A DNA stretch of 64,000 nucleotides from Chloroflexota bacterium (lineage in GTDB: Bacteria; Chloroflexota; Anaerolineae; VGOG01): positions 7,386 to 71,385 of the forward strand of contig VGOG01000001.1 of the NCBI GenBank assembly GCA_016875995.1. The letters are read 5' to 3'. The notes beneath the pieces were generated by a model that saw only the letters and a program-made list of their open reading frames with translations, was not told the DNA's origin and ran no database searches. Position 1 is the first letter of the stretch. Each line of letters starts with the position of its first letter. Made by a program: the position numbers and the translations under genes. This document shows, one piece after another, positions 51,582 through 61,088 of this stretch.

Positions 51582-51668
51582 GCCCAGGCGATGTGGCTCT
51601 TTCGTTATGATGCCGATTGTACAATATACGGTGATGAACCAAAGACGAAGACGCTAAGGAGATGAATC

Positions 51669-51917
51669 ATGACTGAAACAACTCTATGGATTCGAGACCG
51701 CTTTCCCATCCTTTACGAAGGTAGCGAGGCAAAAGCCGTTCTGGTGGACATCACTTCGTTCGATCAGATGGAGCTCATCATAGACAACCTGTTGAACCGC
51801 GAGGAAGAGCCAGAGGATGCCATCCTGGCTGCTTCCGCTGTTCTGCGACGGTTGGTAGCCCAAGCTCGACAGGAATCGTCTTCGTCCGATTGGGAGCGGG
51901 AGCTCGATGAGCTATAA
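51669..51917 (+). CDS. Small antitoxin-like protein
   Basis: 82 aa, acidic, overlaps the downstream RelE-like ORF by 11 nt. Confidence 0.5.
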   Translation: MTETTLWIRDRFPILYEGSEAKAVLVDITSFDQMELIIDNLLNREEEPEDAILAASAVLRRLVAQARQESSSSDWERELDEL

Positions 51918-52256
51918 CGTGGTTCTCACCCCATCTTTCAAGCACAGCGTCAGAAAACTGCAAAAGCGATTCCGACACGTCAAGGATGATGTGGGCGTGG
52001 CTGTTCGTGTGCTTTTGCAAACTCCGAGACTGGGTGCAGTTCTCCCTAGCGGTTCCGGCGTGCGTAAGCTGCGGTGCGTAACACCGATCTGGGCAAAGGC
52101 AAAAGGGGTGGCTATCGCCTGCTGTACTACGTTGAGGACCAACCCGTGCCAACCATCTATCTCCTGTTGCTATATGCCAAGTCAGACCGAGAAGACATCA
52201 CCCGACAGGAATTAAAGCAATTGCTGGACGAGTTGGCGGACGAGATGGGAGAATGA
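51907..52256 (+). pseudogene. RelE/ParE (HigB/Gp49-type) toxin gene disrupted by a frameshift
   Basis: ORF 51907.. reads ..GSGVRKLRC then goes out of family. ORF 52074..52256, in the frame that starts one base earlier, reads VRNTDLGKGKRGGYRLLYYVEDQPVPTIYLLLLYAKSDREDIT. Joined they give one typical toxin. The break is near 52070-52076. Confidence 0.65.
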
Positions 52257-52319
52257 GTTCAATGAGTAGCGTGTTCAGTGTTTGTCAGTGGCCTCAGTGA
52301 TACAATAAATGGAGAACCC

Positions 52320-52700
52320 ATGATTGACGACTACGCCAAAGCAAACGAACTGATGCGCAAGATGGAAGCCCAACTTCCCATCCCAGCGCGATCAACGGGC
52401 GCGTTGGTCCGCGCCCTGCGGGAGCAAGGAGTCAAGCTCCCCCGCGATCAGGAACTGCAAATCAAGCGCGTGTTCTACATGGGTGACGAGGGTGGCATTA
52501 TGTGCGACGTGACCCTATCGGAAGAAGCGAAAGAGGCCATCGTCGTTTCCATCACCCACCTGCGGGTCTCCGCCCGTCATCCACTGGCGCAAGAGATCCG
52601 CGAATACCAGCAGGAACGGACGCGAAGACTCGCGCTATCGGGAGGACCGAGCCAGCCGTCACAGTTTACGGCTCGTTCGCGCAAAAGGCGGAGACGTTAA
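52320..52700 (+). CDS. Hypothetical protein (126 aa) with an Arg-rich tail
   Basis: ATG 52320 after GGAGAA. No family recognised. Immediately upstream of the large methyltransferase. Confidence 0.45.
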   Translation: MIDDYAKANELMRKMEAQLPIPARSTGALVRALREQGVKLPRDQELQIKRVFYMGDEGGIMCDVTLSEEAKEAIVVSITHLRVSARHPLAQEIREYQQERTRRLALSGGPSQPSQFTARSRKRRRR

Positions 52701-52783
52701 GGAAACGAGCTACGACTGCTATCCCAGCGGCCCGAGAAGCGGTTGGCTGCTGTGCGGTCGTGACGACGAGGAGATTGTATGCG

Positions 52784-55700
52784 ATGAACGAGAATGCCTT
52801 GCCTTTTGGCTACAACTTCACTTCGCACGAGACAGTCCTGGATTTCCTGAGCGATCAGGGCTATCGGGTCGAGTCCACCCCTTGGGATATCTCCGACCTG
52901 TCCGACCGTGCCAGGGAACTGATTGGCTCTATGTCTCTCGTCTCGCACTATGACGACGATGTAGCACCTTTCCAGGTCTTCCTGACTGAACTTGACGTAC
53001 CTCGCCAGGTCAGGCGCATCCGCCGTACCGACCTGCGGATCATCCTGGAACCCTTCTATCGCCGCTATCCCCAAGGCGACTACCTGTTCATCTTCGCCCT
53101 GCCCAATTATGCCAGCGTTGCCCTGGTCAGCCCCAAGCGCATCCGTGGCGAGCCCCGCCACCCCTCCGGAGTAGAGGCTTTAGCCGGTCCGGCTGAAGCC
53201 TCCACTCCAGATCTCTACGCGGCCACAGCTAAACTGCAACTGCGCATCCTCACCCTCGACCCCCGGCACCTCTACCACACCGACCTATTGGTGCTGGAGC
53301 AGATTCGGCTGGGGCCGGAGGATCAGACCGCTGAGGCCATCTGGCGGAAACACCTGGCGGCTTTCGACGTTGAACGGGTCACGCGCCAGTTCTACGAGGG
53401 ATATAAGACGGTATTGGCTATGCTCAAGTCGCAGTTGGCCGCCCAGCGTCGGGTCGGTGCGATGCCTGCTCAGGTGCACGCTTTTGCCCAGCAACTCCTC
53501 AACCGCTTGATGTTCCTCTACTTCGTGCAGAAGAAGGGCTGGCTGCGTTGGAACGGTGAGCCAGACCCCCACTACCTGCGCAGCCTCTGGGAGCGTTACC
53601 GCGACGGAAAGCAAACTGGCGACGGTGGCTTTCACGGATGGTTGCAAGCCCTCTTCCTGGACGCTTTCAACAACCGTCGGGCGACCGTGGCCGCCAATTC
53701 CGCTCTGCCCGACGACGTGCGAGCCTCCTTCCTGGGTATGCCATTCCTCAACGGCGGCCTCTTTGATCAGAACGACCTGGATGACCTGGGGTTCTCTGTA
53801 CCTGACAAATTCTTCGTCCAGCTCTTCGATCGTTTCGAGCGAGAGGAGCCCGGCTTCCTGGAGCGATACAACTTCACCGTGGACGAGAGCACGCCGCTGG
53901 ACGTGGAGGTGGCCGTTGACCCGGAGATGCTGGGCAAGGTCTACGAATCGCTGGTGGCAGAGGAGGAGCGGCACGCCGCGGGCATCTTCTACACCCCCCG
54001 CGAGGAGATTGATTACATGTGCCGTCTCTCGCTCATCGAGTACCTGCACGAGCAGACCGGCTATCCCAAAGACGACCTGATCCCGCTGGTGATGGAGCCT
54101 CGCCGGCTGCTGGAGACTCCCGAAGCTTGTCCCGAGCGGGAGCGAGGGGATGGCATCGTCCCCTTCGGCGGTCTTTCCCAGACCAGGCAGCACGAAGCCT
54201 TGCGGGTTGTGGAGAAGGCGCTACGAGAGATACGGGTGGTAGATCCAGCAGTCGGATCTGGGTCATTCCTGGTAGGCATGATGAAGGCGCTGGCGGAAAT
54301 CCAGCGGGTCCTCGCTCAGAAGCTGGAGCGCAAGCGGTTCAATGAGTTCGACCGCAAGCGGCAGATCATCATGGAGAACCTGTACGGGGTGGATGTGAAG
54401 GACTGGGCGGTGCGGGCCTGTGAGCTGCGGCTGTGGCTATCGCTGACCATCGAAGCTGAGGAGCAACAGATTGGGCTCTACACCAACCCGGTGCTGCCCA
54501 AGCTGTCCTTCCGCGTGCGCCAGGGGGACAGCCTGGTGGAAGAAGTGGCTGGCGTGCCGCTGGCCATGCGCGGTGCCCAGGCCGTGCCAACCTCCCTCCA
54601 GAAGCGGTTGGCCCGGTTAGCCCAGGAGAAGGCTGACTTCTTCGGCGGGCGAAGCCTGCGCAAGCCTGACTACATCGAGCGGGAAGAGCAGAAGCTCCTG
54701 GTGCAGTTCCTCAACGAGCGCATTGACGAAGACCAACGGCAGATGGACGTCCTGCGGCGCGAGCCTGTTGGCACTCAACCAGAACTGGGCCTGGAGGGAG
54801 TCGCCCCCAAGGGCGGGAGCAGGGCAGAAGAGGAAGCCGAGGCCCGACGGCAGGCGCGGATCAAGGCGCTAGACGACCGCCGCCAGGAATTGATCAAAGC
54901 CCGCACGCAACTGACCACCGGCCAGACGCCGCCCTTCTTCGTCTGGGAGGTGGGCTTCGGCGAGGTATTCGCCGAGAAGGGCGGCTTCGACATCTGCATC
55001 GGCAATCCGCCCTATGTGCGACAGGAGGAGATTGGCCCACCCACGGAGAACCCTGACGACTACGACGTGGACGAGTGGCGGAGCCTCAAGCAGGATTACA
55101 AAGACCGTCTGGCGCGGAGTGTACAGGCGTTGTGGGGCAGCGCGGCCAGGGTGGACCGCAAGAGTGACCTCTACGTCTACTTCTACTATGCTGGCCTCTC
55201 CCTGTTGCGGGAAGGCGGGGTGTTCTGCTTCATCAACTCCAACTCCTGGCTGGACGTGGGCTACGGGGCCAGGCTTCAGGACTTCCTGCTGCGGCAGATG
55301 CGGGTGCTGCAAGTCGTGGACAACCAGGCCGAGCGCTCCTTTGCTCAGGCCGACATCAACACCGTCATCGTCCTGCTCCAGCAGCCCAAAGCCGACGGAT
55401 CTCAGTGGGAACACGTGGCGCGATTCACCGCCTACAGGAAACCATTTGAGGAAGTCCTTACTGTTCCCAACCTGCTGGCCATTGAGCGAGCCGCCGATGT
55501 AGCCCGCACCGACGACCTGCGGGTGTATCCCATCGCCCAGCGGGACTTGTTGCTGGACGGAGCCGAACTTCCCGAAGAGGCCGAGCAAGCGGCCATGGAC
55601 TTCGCCGCCCTTGAGACCCTGAAATACCAGGGCGGCAAGTGGGGTGGCAAGTTCCTCCGCGCCCCGGACATCTTCTTCACCATCCTGGAGAAGGGCAAGG

Positions 55701-56635
55701 GGAAACTGGTGCGATTAGGCGAGATCGCCGAGGTCCGCCGTGGTTTCACCACGGGTGTCAATGAGTTCTTCTACCTGGAGCCTACGGGCCAACCTGCCCC
55801 CGAGGGGCTTGTGCATGTGCGCAACGGTGCGGGGTGGGAGGGCTATTTGGAGACCGAGTTCTTGAAGCCTGTCATCAAGAGCCCTCGAGAAGTGCGTCGC
55901 ATCGTTGTTCGCCATGAAGACCTGCGCTACAAGGTCTTCATCTGTCGTAAGTCCAGGACCTACCTCAAGCGTGAGCGCCTTAACCATGCACTGGCCTACA
56001 TCGAATGGGGGGAAAAGCAAGGGTATGATGAAAGACCCACCTGTTGGGGTAGAGCATACTGGTGGGATCTTGGCGAGCACACGTCGCCACCGATTGTCAT
56101 GAATAAAGGGGTAAATGATCGACACTTCGTGACTCTCAACAGTGCCCGCGCCCTGTGCGACCAGCAAATCTACGAAGTGCGGGTGGATGAGGAAGATGTG
56201 ATTGCATCCTTGCTAGGGGTTTTGAACTGGACTGGAATGGGCCTTTTCTACGAACTGATAGGGCGGCGCACCTTCGGAGAAGGCGTACTGTGGATTGCTA
56301 TCTATGAAGCAGCGGCACTTTTGACGCTTGACACGTTTGGCTTGACCGAAAGACACCATAAGCGTCTCAAGAATTCCTTAGAACTTCTATCACAGCGGGA
56401 ATTGAAGAGCATCTTCGAGGAACTCGGCCTTCCCAAGCCCAATCGGGATTACAGCAACATTGACCCCAACGACGTCTCGCTGGACAAGGTGCTGCCCGAC
56501 CGGCGGGCGCTGGATGAAGTGGTGTTCGAGGCGCTGGGGCTGACGGAGGAGGAACAACTGGAGGTGTACCGGGCGGTGGTGGAGCTGGTGAAGATGCGGT
56601 TGAGCAAGGCGCAGTCGGTGCGGGGGCGGGGGTAG
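52784..56635 (+). CDS. Large gamma-class N6-adenine DNA methyltransferase (Eco57I/MmeI/PglX-like MTase + TaqI_C-like specificity region), no recognisable nuclease domain
   Basis: 1283 aa from ATG 52784. LLNRLMFLYFVQKKGWL helix, motif I VVDPAVGSGSFLVGM, motif IV CIGNPPYVRQEE, and C-terminal GRAYWWDLGEH-type specificity region. The upstream 94 codons of ORF 52502 are Arg-rich overlap and were rejected. Confidence 0.85.
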   Translation: MNENALPFGYNFTSHETVLDFLSDQGYRVESTPWDISDLSDRARELIGSMSLVSHYDDDVAPFQVFLTELDVPRQVRRIRRTDLRIILEPFYRRYPQGDYLFIFALPNYASVALVSPKRIRGEPRHPSGVEALAGPAEASTPDLYAATAKLQLRILTLDPRHLYHTDLLVLEQIRLGPEDQTAEAIWRKHLAAFDVERVTRQFYEGYKTVLAMLKSQLAAQRRVGAMPAQVHAFAQQLLNRLMFLYFVQKKGWLRWNGEPDPHYLRSLWERYRDGKQTGDGGFHGWLQALFLDAFNNRRATVAANSALPDDVRASFLGMPFLNGGLFDQNDLDDLGFSVPDKFFVQLFDRFEREEPGFLERYNFTVDESTPLDVEVAVDPEMLGKVYESLVAEEERHAAGIFYTPREEIDYMCRLSLIEYLHEQTGYPKDDLIPLVMEPRRLLETPEACPERERGDGIVPFGGLSQTRQHEALRVVEKALREIRVVDPAVGSGSFLVGMMKALAEIQRVLAQKLERKRFNEFDRKRQIIMENLYGVDVKDWAVRACELRLWLSLTIEAEEQQIGLYTNPVLPKLSFRVRQGDSLVEEVAGVPLAMRGAQAVPTSLQKRLARLAQEKADFFGGRSLRKPDYIEREEQKLLVQFLNERIDEDQRQMDVLRREPVGTQPELGLEGVAPKGGSRAEEEAEARRQARIKALDDRRQELIKARTQLTTGQTPPFFVWEVGFGEVFAEKGGFDICIGNPPYVRQEEIGPPTENPDDYDVDEWRSLKQDYKDRLARSVQALWGSAARVDRKSDLYVYFYYAGLSLLREGGVFCFINSNSWLDVGYGARLQDFLLRQMRVLQVVDNQAERSFAQADINTVIVLLQQPKADGSQWEHVARFTAYRKPFEEVLTVPNLLAIERAADVARTDDLRVYPIAQRDLLLDGAELPEEAEQAAMDFAALETLKYQGGKWGGKFLRAPDIFFTILEKGKGKLVRLGEIAEVRRGFTTGVNEFFYLEPTGQPAPEGLVHVRNGAGWEGYLETEFLKPVIKSPREVRRIVVRHEDLRYKVFICRKSRTYLKRERLNHALAYIEWGEKQGYDERPTCWGRAYWWDLGEHTSPPIVMNKGVNDRHFVTLNSARALCDQQIYEVRVDEEDVIASLLGVLNWTGMGLFYELIGRRTFGEGVLWIAIYEAAALLTLDTFGLTERHHKRLKNSLELLSQRELKSIFEELGLPKPNRDYSNIDPNDVSLDKVLPDRRALDEVVFEALGLTEEEQLEVYRAVVELVKMRLSKAQSVRGRG
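53168..53208. repeat. REP-like palindrome inside the methyltransferase CDS
   Basis: GGAGTAGAGGCTTTAGCCGG-T-CCGGCTGAAGCCTCCACTCC. Same family as the REPs flanking the RAYT gene. Read in-frame as SGVEALAGPAEASTP. Confidence 0.8.
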
Positions 56636-56657
56636 AGCTGGGTAGATTCACTGAACG

Positions 56658-56840
56658 GGGAGTTGAGGCTTTAGCCGGGAACCGCCTAAAGGCTCCACTC
56701 CCTCAGGAAGAAAAAGCTTTGAAACCGCCTGAAAGCTCTACTCCACGAAAGGGGGGCGAGGATTCAGCTAGAACCGCCTGAAGGCTCCACCAGTGTTAGG
56801 AAAGGCTCTACTCAGCATTAGGACAGGAGGCTTCAGCCGG
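56658..56840. repeat. REP cluster (family GGAGTNGAGSCTTYAGSCGG)
   Basis: GGAGTTGAGGCTTTAGCCGG-GAA-CCGCCTAAAGGCTCCACTCC, then CCGCCTGAAAGCTCTACTCC, CCGCCTGAAGGCTCCAC, AGGCTCTACTC, and GGAGGCTTCAGCCGG. Confidence 0.8.
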
Positions 56841-56858
56841 TAGCATTGGAGGTGACTT

Positions 56859-57428
56859 ATGGGGGATCATCACCCACCTCACATCTTCTTGGATGACACC
56901 TGGTATTTCATCAGCAGCTCTACTTTGAACCACGCACGCTTCCTGGCCTCGCCCCGCGCCAAGGCCTTGCTGCGCGATCAACTCAAAGAGCTGATCGTCG
57001 AATTCGGCATTGTTCTACGAGCCTGGGTCATCCTGGACGATCACTACCATCTCTTGCTCAAGACCCGCGTGGGCAAGGACCTGTCCCGCTTCTTCGGTCG
57101 CCTGCACGGAGCCACATCTCGCCAGCTTAACCTGTGGGACGACACAGTGGGCCGCCAGGTGTGGCACAACTACTGGGACACCTGCATCCGTACCGAAGCC
57201 AGCCTCTGGGCGCACTTCAACTACACCCACAACAACCCCGTCAAACACGGCTACGTAGCCTACCCGAGAGATTGGGAATTCTCCAGCTACGGCTACTACT
57301 TGCGGGAGAAAGGCGAGGAGTGGCTAGCCGATTGTTGGGAGCGATATCCGGTGATAGACTACGTTGAGGGAGATGACCTCGGTGGGCCAAAGGAACCGCC
57401 TGAAGGCTCTACTCCCCTTAAACCTTAA
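56859..57428 (+). CDS. REP-associated tyrosine transposase (RAYT, IS200/Y1-like)
   Basis: 189 aa. AWVILDDHYHLLLKT (HUH), NYWD, and YTHNNPVKHGYV catalytic Tyr region. Confidence 0.8.
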   Translation: MGDHHPPHIFLDDTWYFISSSTLNHARFLASPRAKALLRDQLKELIVEFGIVLRAWVILDDHYHLLLKTRVGKDLSRFFGRLHGATSRQLNLWDDTVGRQVWHNYWDTCIRTEASLWAHFNYTHNNPVKHGYVAYPRDWEFSSYGYYLREKGEEWLADCWERYPVIDYVEGDDLGGPKEPPEGSTPLKP

Positions 57429-57496
57429 AGTAAAGGCTTCAGCCAAAAGCCGCCTAAAGGCTCCACATTGGTGACGGGAGTCGAGGCTTTAGCCGG
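57395..57496. repeat. REP cluster downstream of RAYT
   Basis: CCGCCTGAAGGCTCTACTCC (overlaps the RAYT 3' end), AGGCTTCAGCC-AAAAG-CCGCCTAAAGGCTCCAC, and GAGTCGAGGCTTTAGCCGG. Confidence 0.8.
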
Positions 57497-57512
57497 AGAA
57501 AGGGGCGATTCT

Positions 57513-57710
57513 ATGTCCGACAAAACCGACGTTCTGGCAGCCATCGAGATGCTGCTGGAGGAAATCGAAACAGTCATCGAAACATTCAACAGCGAAGGAA
57601 GTGCCGCCTTCGCTTCAGGCAAGCACAAAGAGGCAAAGCCTATGAAGCAACCTTATGACCCTATAACACACGTTCAAAATTTGCCATTTCATTGTGAGAC
57701 TGATGCATAG
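57513..57710 (+). CDS. Small hypothetical ORF (65 aa), possibly a gene remnant
   Basis: ATG 57513. Helical N-terminus MSDKTDVLAAIEMLLEEIETVIETF. No family recognised. Confidence 0.25.
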   Translation: MSDKTDVLAAIEMLLEEIETVIETFNSEGSAAFASGKHKEAKPMKQPYDPITHVQNLPFHCETDA

Positions 57711-57781
57711 AGCTTCCAAAGAGTCCCATTTCAGCAAAAGAGTGGGCAGTACAATCCATCGGGGCCAAGTAGGAGTATGCC

Positions 57782-60700
57782 ATGAGTACCAGCCAACCTT
57801 TTACACTTCCAGACTTGATAGATAATAGCACGCCAGACCGCACCCTGAGCCATATCCTCAATCAGCTCCTGGCAACGGGACCCGCGGTCCACATCGCCAC
57901 CGGCTTCTTCAACCTGGGCGGCTATGCCTTACTGCGCGACGGCCTGCAGCGGGCGTCACGGGTGCGCATCCTGCTGGGCAAAGAGCCGGCCACCACAGAG
58001 GCAAGCCCCGATGCGCCGCCCCTGGTGGAGGAACTGACCGAGGCAGTCGAAGCTGACCTGCACGAGGCGATGGCCACCGGCCATCGCACCGACCACAACC
58101 GCGTGCGCGACTTCTTAGCATTTCTGCAACAGCCCCAGGTGGAAGTCCGCCTCTATCCCCGCCACTTCTTCCACGCCAAGGCCTACATCCTCGACGGCGT
58201 GCCCCCCTTCGGCACCATCGCCATCGTCGGCTCGTCCAACTTCACCACGGCCGGGCTCACCAGCAACACCGAGCTCAACATGGCCCAGAAGCAAGCCGCC
58301 GTCGCCTGCGAGTTCGCCACCTGGTTTGACCGCTTCTGGGCCGAGGCCGAGGATTACAAGTCGGCGCTGATTGAACTCTACACCCGGGCCACGGCCTTGC
58401 ATCCACCCTATCTCATCTATATCAAGGCCCTCTACGAAGCCTTGTCCGACCGGCTGGGCGGCGACCTGGCTCCCACCGACGAGCGCCCTAGCCCCATCCT
58501 GCTGGCCGACTTCCAGCACGACGGCTATCTCACGGCCAAAGACATCCTGGAGACTTACGGCGGCGTCCTCATCGCCGACCCGGTAGGCTATGGCAAGACC
58601 TATCTCGCCCTGCGATTACTGGACGACTACGCCTACCAGTTGCGGCAGAAAGCCCTGGTCGTCTGCCCGGCCCAACTGCGGGACATCTGGTGGAAACCGA
58701 AGCTCGACGTTTATCGCATCTATGCCCACGTGGAATCGCAGGAGCGGGTCAGCCAGCGCGACTTCCCTGTAGAAAGCTACGCCGACGCCGACCTGGTCAT
58801 CGTGGACGAATCGCACAACTTCCGCAACCCCTCGGCCAACCGCTACGATAACCTGGCCCGGCTGCTGCGCACAGACCAGCGCAAGAAGCTGGTCCTGATG
58901 ACCGCCACGCCCATCAACACCAGCGTCTTCGACCTCTACCAGCAGGTGCGGCTGATCACCGGCGACCGGGACGACTACCTGACTGGCGTGGGCATCTCCA
59001 GCCTGCGCGGCTACTTCGTCCAGGCCGAACAGAACCGGGAGACGCTCCACGACCTGCTGGAGGCCATCGCCGTGCGGCGCAGTCGAGAGTTCATCCGTCG
59101 CAACTACCCCGAAGCGGAGATAGATGGCCAGCGCCTCCACTTCCCTGAGCGCCAGCTTCACACCGTGCATTACAACCTGGAAGCGACCTACGAAGAGCTC
59201 TACGCCGAGGTCGCTCAGCTTATTGAGGGACTACGGCTAGCCCCCTATCACCTGGACTTCTATCGCAAGGGCCTGCCGGGAGAGCGATTGGGGCTGTGGG
59301 AGAGATTGAACGAGATTCTCCAGGAGACAGGTCTACCCCAAGAGCAGGCCCAGGCCCTGGCTATGACCCTGGGCCGTCAGGCGTCGCTGGTGCAGATCCT
59401 CAAGACACTCTACCTGAAGCGACTGGAATCCTCAGTAGCCGCACTGCGGATCAGCCTGGAGCGGCAAAGACGTTTCCAACATCGGTTCCTGGAACAACTA
59501 CGGGCCGGCCGTTTACTGGATTCGAGCTCTTTTCGCCACCTAGAGAGCATCGTCAGGCGCATGGCTGGCGAGGACACAGACGTAGAGTGGGAGGAGGCCG
59601 ATGAGGAGCTCCAAACCCTCATCGCCGAAGTCCTGGCCGAGCTGCCCGAGATAGACCTACGCGGTTACGACTTGGCCGCCATCGAAATGGCGGTGACCAA
59701 CGATATCGAAGCCTTGGGGGAGGTGTGCCGCAAGCTGGAACCGCTGACAGCGGCCAAGGACGACAAGCTGGCAGCCCTCAAGGCACTATTGACCGGGGAA
59801 CTGCACGGGCGGAAGGTGGTCGTCTTCACCTACTTCAAGGACACGGCTCGTTACCTGTACCGGGAACTGCGCAAAGACGCGGATTTCCTGCGATCATTGG
59901 GCCACACGCGGCTGAGCATCACCGACGGTGGGATCAAGCCCCAGGAACGCAAGGATCGCATCATCCGCTTCGCCCCCAAAGCTCACGAGCACGAGGACAT
60001 ACGGGGCACTGAACGGGAAATTGACTTGCTTATCAGCACCGATGTCCTCTCCGAGGGCCAGAACCTGCAGGACGCCGACACGGTGGTCAATTATGATCTC
60101 CACTGGAACCCGGTGCGCATGGTACAGCGGGCGGGTCGTATAGACCGCATCGGCTCCGAGTACTACGTGGTATACAGCTACAACTTTATTCCCGAAGATG
60201 CTCTAGAATCCCTGATCAGGCTGATGCAGCGGCTGCGCGAACGATTGGAGGCCATCAACCGGGCTGGCCTGCTGGATGCGCCCGTGATGGGGGAACTGCC
60301 CACCCCACAGGACTTCAACGCCTTGCGCCGCATCGCCCAGGCAGATCAGACCATCTGGAGTGAGTTGGAGTCCTTTTCCGAGCTCGATTTCGGCGAGTTC
60401 TTGCAACAGGAACTGTTGGACTTTTTGAAGCGAGTGGGCGAGGAAAAGCTCAAGGCGCTGCCGCCTGGCGTGGGCACAGGAAAGAAAGCACCTGATGGAC
60501 GGCAGGGACTATTCGTGCATCTCAAAGGGGGCAGCCAGCACTTCTGGCTGTTCTACGACCTGACCACGCGTCGCTTTTTGGAGCGCAAGTTAGAGGTCAT
60601 CCGGCTGGTGCGCTGCTCAGAGAGCGAGCCGGCTGTCGAGCCAGACTTCGATGTCTACCCAATCATTGAGCAGGTCAGGCGGCACGTAGTGGGCCGACTG

Positions 60701-61006
60701 AGACAGGCACAGGTCAAGGTTCCCAGGCTCAAAGCACCGCAAAATCACATCTTGAACTGGCTAAAGACCCAACGAAGGAACGAAGTTATTGAAGAATTAC
60801 TGGCCTACTTCGCGGAACCGCTCCCTGACCCATACCTGCGACGGCTGCGTAGGGTCTGGCAGGAGAACCGACATAGTGGACCGGCACTTTTCGACATGCT
60901 GAGGGCTTTCGCTTGTGACAATCCCGTGAGCCGACCAGAACGACCGGAGGTGCCGGAACTGAGCGAGGATGACCTCTCATTGGTTTGCTACATGGCCCTG
61001 GTGTGA
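57782..61006 (+). CDS. PLD-family (HKD) nuclease domain fused to an SF2 (SNF2/Res-like) helicase
   Basis: 1074 aa. A single HKD motif FFHAKAYILDG..IVGSSNFTTAGL. Helicase motif I ADPVGYGKTYLA, motif II VIVDESHNFRN, motif III LMTATPINT, motif VI QRAGRIDRIG. Confidence 0.85.
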   Translation: MSTSQPFTLPDLIDNSTPDRTLSHILNQLLATGPAVHIATGFFNLGGYALLRDGLQRASRVRILLGKEPATTEASPDAPPLVEELTEAVEADLHEAMATGHRTDHNRVRDFLAFLQQPQVEVRLYPRHFFHAKAYILDGVPPFGTIAIVGSSNFTTAGLTSNTELNMAQKQAAVACEFATWFDRFWAEAEDYKSALIELYTRATALHPPYLIYIKALYEALSDRLGGDLAPTDERPSPILLADFQHDGYLTAKDILETYGGVLIADPVGYGKTYLALRLLDDYAYQLRQKALVVCPAQLRDIWWKPKLDVYRIYAHVESQERVSQRDFPVESYADADLVIVDESHNFRNPSANRYDNLARLLRTDQRKKLVLMTATPINTSVFDLYQQVRLITGDRDDYLTGVGISSLRGYFVQAEQNRETLHDLLEAIAVRRSREFIRRNYPEAEIDGQRLHFPERQLHTVHYNLEATYEELYAEVAQLIEGLRLAPYHLDFYRKGLPGERLGLWERLNEILQETGLPQEQAQALAMTLGRQASLVQILKTLYLKRLESSVAALRISLERQRRFQHRFLEQLRAGRLLDSSSFRHLESIVRRMAGEDTDVEWEEADEELQTLIAEVLAELPEIDLRGYDLAAIEMAVTNDIEALGEVCRKLEPLTAAKDDKLAALKALLTGELHGRKVVVFTYFKDTARYLYRELRKDADFLRSLGHTRLSITDGGIKPQERKDRIIRFAPKAHEHEDIRGTEREIDLLISTDVLSEGQNLQDADTVVNYDLHWNPVRMVQRAGRIDRIGSEYYVVYSYNFIPEDALESLIRLMQRLRERLEAINRAGLLDAPVMGELPTPQDFNALRRIAQADQTIWSELESFSELDFGEFLQQELLDFLKRVGEEKLKALPPGVGTGKKAPDGRQGLFVHLKGGSQHFWLFYDLTTRRFLERKLEVIRLVRCSESEPAVEPDFDVYPIIEQVRRHVVGRLRQAQVKVPRLKAPQNHILNWLKTQRRNEVIEELLAYFAEPLPDPYLRRLRRVWQENRHSGPALFDMLRAFACDNPVSRPERPEVPELSEDDLSLVCYMALV

Positions 61007-61088
61007 GCTCCCCCAGGCCATGACTCCCAACCCATCGGCAAAATCGTGAGTTACAAACTCTTACAATTGATTACGATTTAACCAGGCG

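Larger units (their letters stand above)
56658..57496 (+). mobile_element. REP-RAYT unit (tyrosine transposase flanked by clustered REP palindromes)
   Basis: An IS200/RAYT-type gene with at least 5 REP half-sites upstream (56658-56840) and at least 4 downstream (57395-57496). No other IS features. Confidence 0.7.

Noticed and set aside
52502-52783. Upstream extension of the methyltransferase ORF (start at 52502)
   Set aside because: The extension is Arg/Pro-rich and overlaps the preceding ORF 52320..52700 in a different frame. ATG 52784 is preceded by a purine-rich SD-like stretch and begins normal-looking protein sequence.
52784-61006. Assigning the MTase + PLD-helicase pair to BREX or DISARM
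   Set aside because: No PglZ, BrxC/PglY, BrxL, DrmA or DrmB (DUF1998)-like genes are present in or around the locus, and only two large genes are involved. I kept it as an unclassified R-M-like module instead.
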